NCBI GenBank assembly: GCA_963823555.1
Contig: CAWGMA010000001.1
Span: forward strand, 2,016,001 to 2,080,000
Length of the DNA stretch: 64,000 nucleotides
Reading direction: 5' to 3'
DNA from: Candidatus Eiseniibacteriota bacterium
GTDB lineage: Bacteria > Eisenbacteria > RBG-16-71-46 > CAVPCR01
This document shows, one piece after another, positions 57,954-64,000 of the stretch (its first letter is position 1; the number at the start of each line of letters is the position of its first letter). The translations under genes and the position numbers were made by a program. Below the pieces are notes generated by a model. It saw only the letters and a program-made list of their open reading frames with translations, made no database searches and was not told the origin of the DNA.

Positions 57954-60089
57954 GTGGAGCTCAGCGCAGGCAAGTACCTCCCGGTCCTTCGTGCGATGGC
58001 TCTAGCCGCTGCCATGCTCCCCGGGGCGCAGGCTGAAGCGCTCGGGGTGGAGTCTGACGCATCCCCCGACACGACGACCATGGCTGCGGCCAGCCCGGCA
58101 GGCACGGCTTCAGACTCCGCGCTGGCGGTGATCGCGCGGCTCGAATTCGGGCGCACCGCGAGCCTGGCCGATCTCGAGCCGCTCCTGGCCGACCCGTCGG
58201 CCGAGGTCCGCATCCGGGCTGCGCTCGCCATCGGGCGCCTGGCTCCGGCGGGGGCCGCGGCCCCACTCACCGCGACCCTTGGCGATCCCGAGCCTGCGGT
58301 GCGCTGGATGGGGGCCTTTGCCCTCGGCCAGACGGGGGATCGGGAAGCCCTCGCACCTCTCGTCACGGCCACCTCCGATGCCGAGCCCAAGGTAGCCGCT
58401 CAGGCCGCCGACGCGTTGTCGCGACTCCACGACCCGATAGCCGGAGCGACCCTTGCCCGCCTCCTGTCTGCTCCGGAGCCGCGAGTTCGGCGTGCCGCCG
58501 CGCTCGGGCTCTCGCGACTGGCGGATTCGACGTACGCCGGGGCCCTGGCTTCCGCCTTGAGGGTCGAGAGCGATGCGCAGGCGGTTGCCGGTCTCCTCGA
58601 GGCTCTCGAGAAGATGCCGCGCCAGACACCGGCTGCTCTTCTGGTACCTCAACTCGAGTCTTCGTCTCCTCTGGTGCGCGCTCCAGCGGCACGCACGCTG
58701 GGCAAGACGGGCGATCGCGCCAACGCCACCTCGCCTCTCGTCTCAACCCTCGCCGATCGCGAATGGCGCGTGCGCGTCCATTCGGCTCGCGCACTGGGTG
58801 AGCTTCGCGCTCGCGGCGCCGTGGAACCGCTGATCAAGCTCCTCAAGGACCCGGTTCATCACGTGCGCGAGTCGGCTGCGGTCGCCCTCGGCGAGATCGG
58901 GGACGAAGCGGCCACCGAGCCTCTCGTGCGTGCGAGCACGGATGATTCCCCGGGCGTGAGGCGAGCGGCCGTCACCGCCATCGGCGCCATCCTCGGTGCC
59001 CGCAGCCGAGCCACGCTCACGACGCGCATGGAGGACTCCACACCGCAGGTCTCCGCGGCCGCGCTGACCGCACTGGGCGGGGCCGCCGGGGCGGATGCCA
59101 TCCCGCGAGCGATCGAGCGCACCGATCCCGGGCAACCATCTCTGATGCGGCTGGCGGCGATCGGAGTACTCGCCGAGGCCGGACTCCCGGAGACCAATGC
59201 CATCCTGCGCGGTCTGGTGACCGATGAGGACTGGGTCATCGCCGCGACGGCGGCCGAGGCCCTGGCCGAGAACGGAGACCACGAGGCCGAGGATGTCCTC
59301 CTCGAGACGGCTGCCCGGAGCGCCGACTTCGAGGCGACCGAGGCCCGGCTCGCCGCCATGGGCGCGCTCGGCCGGATCGGCACCGAACGCGCGAGCGGGA
59401 TGCTCTTGCGGGCACTCTCCGACCCCGATCCCCGGGTGCGTACGGCCGCCGCCGAATGCACCGATTCGCTCGCCGCGCGCGGTGTTCGACTCGATCAGCG
59501 CCTGCGCTCTGCCGTCAGCGCGGAGCAGAAGCGACTCGCCGCCGGGGAACGCCGGCCGGCCGCACCCCTGGGTCCCACGCCGGCCGAGTTCCCACCGATC
59601 CCTCCACCCCGGGAACATGAGGCCCGCCTCATCACGCCGCACGGAAACATCATGATCACGCTCTTCACCGATGTCGCCCCGGTCGCGGTCGCCAACTTCG
59701 TGCGCCTGGCTCGGGGTGGGTTCTACGATCGCGGCGTCTTCCATCGGGTCGTACCGGACTTCGTGGTCCAGGGTGGTTGCCCGCGCCACGATGGCTACGG
59801 GGGGCCGGGTTACGCACTGCCCGCCGAGATCTCTCCCGAGGAGTACAGCGTGGGGACCTTGGGCATGGCCGACGCCGGACTCGACACCGCGGGGAGCCAG
59901 TTCTTCCTGACGCTCTCCCCCACGCCGCGCCTTGAAGGCCGTTACACCGCGTTCGGGCGCGTCACGGCGGGGCTCGCCGTGCTCGAGCAGATCCAGATCG
60001 GAGACTGGTTCCGGGTGGAGATCATGCCGCCTGACAGCGGAGCGCCCGCCGGCGAGGGCGCTAGCGAACGAGAGTCAGACGCGAGGTGA
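57954..60089 (+). CDS. Secreted HEAT-repeat protein with a C-terminal cyclophilin PPIase domain
   Basis: Many D..VR..AA.ALG repeats; FHRVVPDFVVQGG, GMA, GSQFF, YTAFGRV. Confidence 0.88.
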   Translation: MELSAGKYLPVLRAMALAAAMLPGAQAEALGVESDASPDTTTMAAASPAGTASDSALAVIARLEFGRTASLADLEPLLADPSAEVRIRAALAIGRLAPAGAAAPLTATLGDPEPAVRWMGAFALGQTGDREALAPLVTATSDAEPKVAAQAADALSRLHDPIAGATLARLLSAPEPRVRRAAALGLSRLADSTYAGALASALRVESDAQAVAGLLEALEKMPRQTPAALLVPQLESSSPLVRAPAARTLGKTGDRANATSPLVSTLADREWRVRVHSARALGELRARGAVEPLIKLLKDPVHHVRESAAVALGEIGDEAATEPLVRASTDDSPGVRRAAVTAIGAILGARSRATLTTRMEDSTPQVSAAALTALGGAAGADAIPRAIERTDPGQPSLMRLAAIGVLAEAGLPETNAILRGLVTDEDWVIAATAAEALAENGDHEAEDVLLETAARSADFEATEARLAAMGALGRIGTERASGMLLRALSDPDPRVRTAAAECTDSLAARGVRLDQRLRSAVSAEQKRLAAGERRPAAPLGPTPAEFPPIPPPREHEARLITPHGNIMITLFTDVAPVAVANFVRLARGGFYDRGVFHRVVPDFVVQGGCPRHDGYGGPGYALPAEISPEEYSVGTLGMADAGLDTAGSQFFLTLSPTPRLEGRYTAFGRVTAGLAVLEQIQIGDWFRVEIMPPDSGAPAGEGASERESDAR

Positions 60090-62913
60090 CGACATCTCGT
60101 CCCGCGGCCAGGCGCAGAAAGTAGACGCCTGAAGCAACTTCCTGTCCCGAGGCGTCCCGGCCATCCCAGCGCAGGGCATGCCGCCCCGGCGCCAGGGACC
60201 CCGCCACGAGCGTGCGCACCCGCCGTCCCTGGACATCGATGATGTCGAGCTGCGCCGGCACCGCGCCCCCTTCCGCGCCCGGACCACCGGCGGCGATCGT
60301 GATCGGGATCGTGCCTGCCGCATGGAAGGGATTCGGCGATGCCGGCCCGATCGCCGCGCGCAGCGCCGGCGCCCCCTCCGGGCCCTGGCCGATGCCGGCA
60401 GCGGTCGTCTCGCCGGCAACGAGGGCGAAGAGGGTCCCGTCGGCGGTGGCGATGAGAAGCATGTTTCCGGATGCCGCGGGTGACGAGCGAATCGGAGCGC
60501 CCAGATCGGCGCTCCAGCGCAGGACCCCGCTGTTCACGTCCACGGCATAGAGACGGCCATCGTCGGCCCCGAAGTAGACCTCGTTGCCGGCGATGATCGG
60601 CGACGAAGTAACGGTCGAGATGGCGCTTGAATACGGCCGGGCGCTCGCGATCGGCGACCCCACCGCAAAGCTCCACACGGAGCGGCCGTCCGCCCGTGAG
60701 AAGGCCTCGACGGAGGCAAAGCCGGATCCGATCACGACGACCGAGTCGCCCACGGCAGGCGCTGAATTCGAATTGCCGACACCGTACGGCGCCGACCACA
60801 GCTCGGCGCCGCTTGGCACATCGAAGGCGCGAAGACGGTGGCTACCGAAGTTGTCGCCGGCGGCATAGAGTACGCCGTCGACCAGGGCCGGACTCCGATG
60901 GGTCTCCCGCTCATTCGCCGCGCGCGACCACAGCGTGTTACCGCTCGCTCGATCGAGAACGAAGAGTCCTGAATGGAGACCGAGCGCCACATGCGCCGCA
61001 TCGGCGGCCGGAGCCGAGTGGATCGTCGCCACCCAATCGGCACCGAGACGGCGCTCCCAGAGCAGGGTTCCGGTGGCGGCATCGAGCGCCGCGGTCACTG
61101 CCGGGCCACCGACGTAGACGACGCCGTCGGCAACCAGCGGCGAGGTGACATCGAAGCGATCGGCCGGATCGCCGAGCTGTGCCGTCCACTGGAGACCGCC
61201 GCTGGCGGCGTCCAGCGCCTCCACGGTACCGGTCGTGGTGATCAAGAAGACCCGTCCCCCGGCGACCGCAGGGGCGCCCTTGACCTCGGCCAGCGTGGGA
61301 TGGCGCCAGAGCTCGGCGCCGGACAGGAGGTCCAGGGCGACGAGACCGGGAGTCCCGGGATCGGTGGCTGCGCCATGGGCCATGAAGACCCGCCCGTCCG
61401 CGGTCACCGGGGACGCCAGTTCGCTGGGCCCGCCCAGATTCCGGGACCAGGCAACGTGGAGCGGCAGCTCCAGCGCGCCTCCGACCCGACCGCTGCCCCC
61501 CATGTCGCCGCGGAACTGCGCAAAGGGAGCTCCAGCCGCGCCATCGGGTCGCTCCACGTGCTCGAGGATGATCTCGCGCTCGCTCGTGGCGAGAACGCCG
61601 CCAGGACCGCTGAGCTCGACTTCGAGCCTGTAGGCACCCGGACCCGCGGCAGCCCCGTCCCAGGTCGCGGTGTAGCTCCACCCTCCGTCGTGCGTCAGGT
61701 CACCGCTCGCGACCACGCCGCCCGGACCGGTCGCGGTGAAGCGGGCGCTCAGATCGGATCCGTCCGTCGCGTAACCCATGGCGCGGATCGGGATCGGTCC
61801 GAGCGGATTCAGTCCGCTGGCGGGATCGACCAGGGTCATCCGCGGAGCGATCCCTCCGGTTCGCCGCTCCGCGCTCACCATGCCCGCATCGAGCGTCACG
61901 ACCCGGAAGCCGCGCGACGTGCGGTCGATCCCCGCCATGCGCAGGGTGCCTGTGTTGAGACTGATGATTCCATCGACGGTGGTGGACCGGTTGGCATGCC
62001 AGTGCCCGGAGAAGACAGCGTCCACTCCGAGACTGCGATAGTCATCGATCTCGCGCCGATCCGGCTGGTAATGGGTGAAGATGAGGATCTCCTGGCCGGT
62101 CGCAGCGGCGATGTCGTTTTCGAGCCAGAGCCGCTGCGGGAAGCTCCCGTCGAGCGAGGTAGAGAAGACATCGTTGTAGAGGATGAAGTGGTACGGGCCG
62201 CGGTCGAAGGAATAGCAGGTGGGCCCGATCAAGCTCTCGAAAGTGCGCACGAGCAGCGAATCGGAGTCGGCATCGTGATCGCCGAATCCGGCATGAACGG
62301 CCAGCGGGGGCGCAGCCAGGACCCCGGCGACATGGCCGAGTTGGACCGGAGTTCCGGCATTGACCAGATCGCCGGTGATGACCGCGAACGCCGGATCGGA
62401 GGCCAGACTCGAGATCTCGGCGAGAGCCGCGGAGAACTCCGCGGCAGTCACACCGTCATAGACGTGCGCATCGGAAGCATGAACGAAGCAGAAGCGGTCG
62501 CTATCGGACGCGGGATCCGCGACCAGGCCGAAGGCGGTCGAATCCACGGCGGCATCGCCGACCCGGTGATAGAAACCCCGCGTGGCGCGATATCCCCGGG
62601 GCACCGTGAGGAGAACGAAGCGTGAGACGTCACGCGTGACGGTGCACGAGAAGGTACCGTTGTCCGCACTCGTGAAGACATCGACCCCGTTCGACAACGT
62701 CACCCCACCGAGGCCCGGTTCCTCCGGATCCTGCTCTCCGTCCCCGTCCAGGTCGGCGAAGACGACGCCGGTGACGGCCACCTGGGGCACCTGAGCAGCG
62801 GCCGGGAAGGAAGTGAGGAGGGAGATCCCCAGGAGAGCGAGGAGGACGAGGCCCACGCAGCGGCGTTCGTGGCTTGAAGCGGTTCGCACTGGCAGCGTGC
62901 TCACATGCATCAC
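60061..62913 (-). CDS. Secreted metallophosphoesterase + PQQ-type beta-propeller + FlgD/T9SS-like C-terminal domain
   Basis: SDAH, TGDL, GDHD, SGHWH; many ALD..TG...W propeller repeats; SPNPF...WDGRD..G..VASGVYF. Confidence 0.88.
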   Translation of the reverse strand: MMHVSTLPVRTASSHERRCVGLVLLALLGISLLTSFPAAAQVPQVAVTGVVFADLDGDGEQDPEEPGLGGVTLSNGVDVFTSADNGTFSCTVTRDVSRFVLLTVPRGYRATRGFYHRVGDAAVDSTAFGLVADPASDSDRFCFVHASDAHVYDGVTAAEFSAALAEISSLASDPAFAVITGDLVNAGTPVQLGHVAGVLAAPPLAVHAGFGDHDADSDSLLVRTFESLIGPTCYSFDRGPYHFILYNDVFSTSLDGSFPQRLWLENDIAAATGQEILIFTHYQPDRREIDDYRSLGVDAVFSGHWHANRSTTVDGIISLNTGTLRMAGIDRTSRGFRVVTLDAGMVSAERRTGGIAPRMTLVDPASGLNPLGPIPIRAMGYATDGSDLSARFTATGPGGVVASGDLTHDGGWSYTATWDGAAAGPGAYRLEVELSGPGGVLATSEREIILEHVERPDGAAGAPFAQFRGDMGGSGRVGGALELPLHVAWSRNLGGPSELASPVTADGRVFMAHGAATDPGTPGLVALDLLSGAELWRHPTLAEVKGAPAVAGGRVFLITTTGTVEALDAASGGLQWTAQLGDPADRFDVTSPLVADGVVYVGGPAVTAALDAATGTLLWERRLGADWVATIHSAPAADAAHVALGLHSGLFVLDRASGNTLWSRAANERETHRSPALVDGVLYAAGDNFGSHRLRAFDVPSGAELWSAPYGVGNSNSAPAVGDSVVVIGSGFASVEAFSRADGRSVWSFAVGSPIASARPYSSAISTVTSSPIIAGNEVYFGADDGRLYAVDVNSGVLRWSADLGAPIRSSPAASGNMLLIATADGTLFALVAGETTAAGIGQGPEGAPALRAAIGPASPNPFHAAGTIPITIAAGGPGAEGGAVPAQLDIIDVQGRRVRTLVAGSLAPGRHALRWDGRDASGQEVASGVYFLRLAAGRDVVTSRLTLVR

Positions 62914-63138
62914 GCGTTGTCCTCGGGTTCCGGTAACCGATCGCGGTCGCGACCGCTCGCAACACGCTTGAGCGGCGGTGAAGAGACGACCGGGTTGCGG
63001 GCGGGCGAATGTCGCCCTGGGACTGCGGTTTCGGGATCAGCCTCCACCCGTGGGGCGGAGCTTCGTTAGCGGTGGGTCCTGGCGGTTTCTTTCGTGGGTA
63101 CGGGATCTCTGGAAGTCACATTGGAACCGGAACTTGAT

Positions 63139-63182
63139 GACCCCTTGAGTATAGATGGTCGGATCCGCTTCGGCAAGGGGTC
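63139..63182 (-). promoter_or_regulatory. sigma70 promoter bracketed by a 9-bp inverted repeat
   Basis: Minus strand: GACCCC-TTGCCG-17 nt-TATACT-CAAGGGGTC. Confidence 0.6.
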
Positions 63183-63307
63183 GAATGAACGATCCCCGGG
63201 CGATAGGCATTTTCCGCGCTCTGGCGCGAGGTCTCGTGACAGAGCCCTGCCGGGGCTTTTCGCCCACCGGCGCAGTTTCTCATGTCGAGATGATGTGGCC
63301 ACCGCCC

Positions 63308-63353
63308 AAAAAGCGGGAGGCATCCGCCGCTCGCTCGAGCAGGGATGCCTCCC
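63308..63353 (-). terminator. Intrinsic terminator
   Basis: 11-bp stem GGGAGGCATCC/GGATGCCTCCC followed by GCTTTTT on the minus strand, just after the stop at 63392. Confidence 0.65.
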
Positions 63354-63391
63354 TCTGGGTTCGGGGTGCCGGATCCGGCACCGATCGGAGG

Positions 63392-64000
63392 TTACTGCAC
63401 CGCAGGGAACGCCGCAGCAGGAGCCGCCTTCTGGCTGCCGCCCGCCGGAACGTCGAAACGAGCCTTGATGGAGCCCCAAGTGCTCGACTCCACCGCGGTC
63501 GCACCGCGCTCGCGGATGCAGAGGTTGTCGAAGGCCAGGATGCAACCGGGGGTCGAGCCGGCGCCTGCGAACAGGCGGAATCCGGTCATCGGAGCCGTGC
63601 TCCCGGCCGCACCACCCTCGAGGTACCAGTCGGTCGGGTTGAAGGTGACCGTCCCCCCGCCCCCGCTGACGTCCGTCAAGCTGACCTGGGTGATGCGGTT
63701 GGTGGCGAAGTCGACCACCATGCCCGAGCGGAACCAGTAGTTGATGGGCAGGTTCTGCCATTCGGGTCCCGCGAAGGTCCCGGGGGCAGCGATCTGGACG
63801 CCGGCTGCGTCATAGTGCATGAACCCGATGTTGTAGAGCACACCCTCCTGCCCCGTCACCCAGGTATAGATCTGGATGAAATCACCGGTGGCGACGACAG
63901 GCGTGGTCTGCCCGGAGAAGCTGCCGATGTTGTTCGAGGCCGGGGGAGTACCGTTGTAGTTGGCGCAGACGTCGAACGTCATCTCCCAGGGTGCGTTGGT
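63392..64000 (-). CDS. Partial (5' end outside window) probable secreted protein with a TWGxxK motif
   Basis: Frame open to the window edge; beta-rich; AVESSTWGSIKARF near the C-terminus. Confidence 0.75.
   Translation of the reverse strand, partial: TNAPWEMTFDVCANYNGTPPASNNIGSFSGQTTPVVATGDFIQIYTWVTGQEGVLYNIGFMHYDAAGVQIAAPGTFAGPEWQNLPINYWFRSGMVVDFATNRITQVSLTDVSGGGGTVTFNPTDWYLEGGAAGSTAPMTGFRLFAGAGSTPGCILAFDNLCIRERGATAVESSTWGSIKARFDVPAGGSQKAAPAAAFPAVQ

Overview
High-GC bacterial chromosomal window, roughly two-thirds G+C by eye, with about 45 genes. Most encode envelope or secreted proteins. FlgD/T9SS-like 'PNPF' C-terminal domains and a recurring C-terminal 'TWGxxKA' motif suggest an FCB-related candidate phylum such as Eisenbacteria, Krumholzibacteria or Latescibacteria (inference). 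In order, the window holds: a GldAFG-like ABC operon plus DUF4340; an FKBP; an ArsM-like methyltransferase that probably reads through UGA as selenocysteine (SECIS-like hairpin present); a lemA-DUF2207-MFS-SnoaL/Nudix cluster; a DUF222-HNH element with short palindromes, one copy of which lies in frame in an unrelated gene; a rhomboid, TatD, Nudix, YceI and a PP2C phosphatase; two glycan-modification operons, one with three paralogous atypical GT-B proteins; a porin/amidohydrolase/DcaP/signal-peptide glutaminase cassette; a CapA multidomain protein; CstA, a K+ channel, DsrE, an S41 peptidase, a TMTC-like TPR protein, SGNH, GT2, an MltB-like enzyme and an ArnT-like protein; an AAA+/VWA pair, a geranylgeranyl reductase-like enzyme, TlpA, DsbD and a HEAT-cyclophilin; and a phosphoesterase-propeller protein. 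About 15 frameshifts, almost all +1, are confined to 29.8-36.3 kb and are probably long-read errors. No rRNA, tRNA or CRISPR array was seen by eye.
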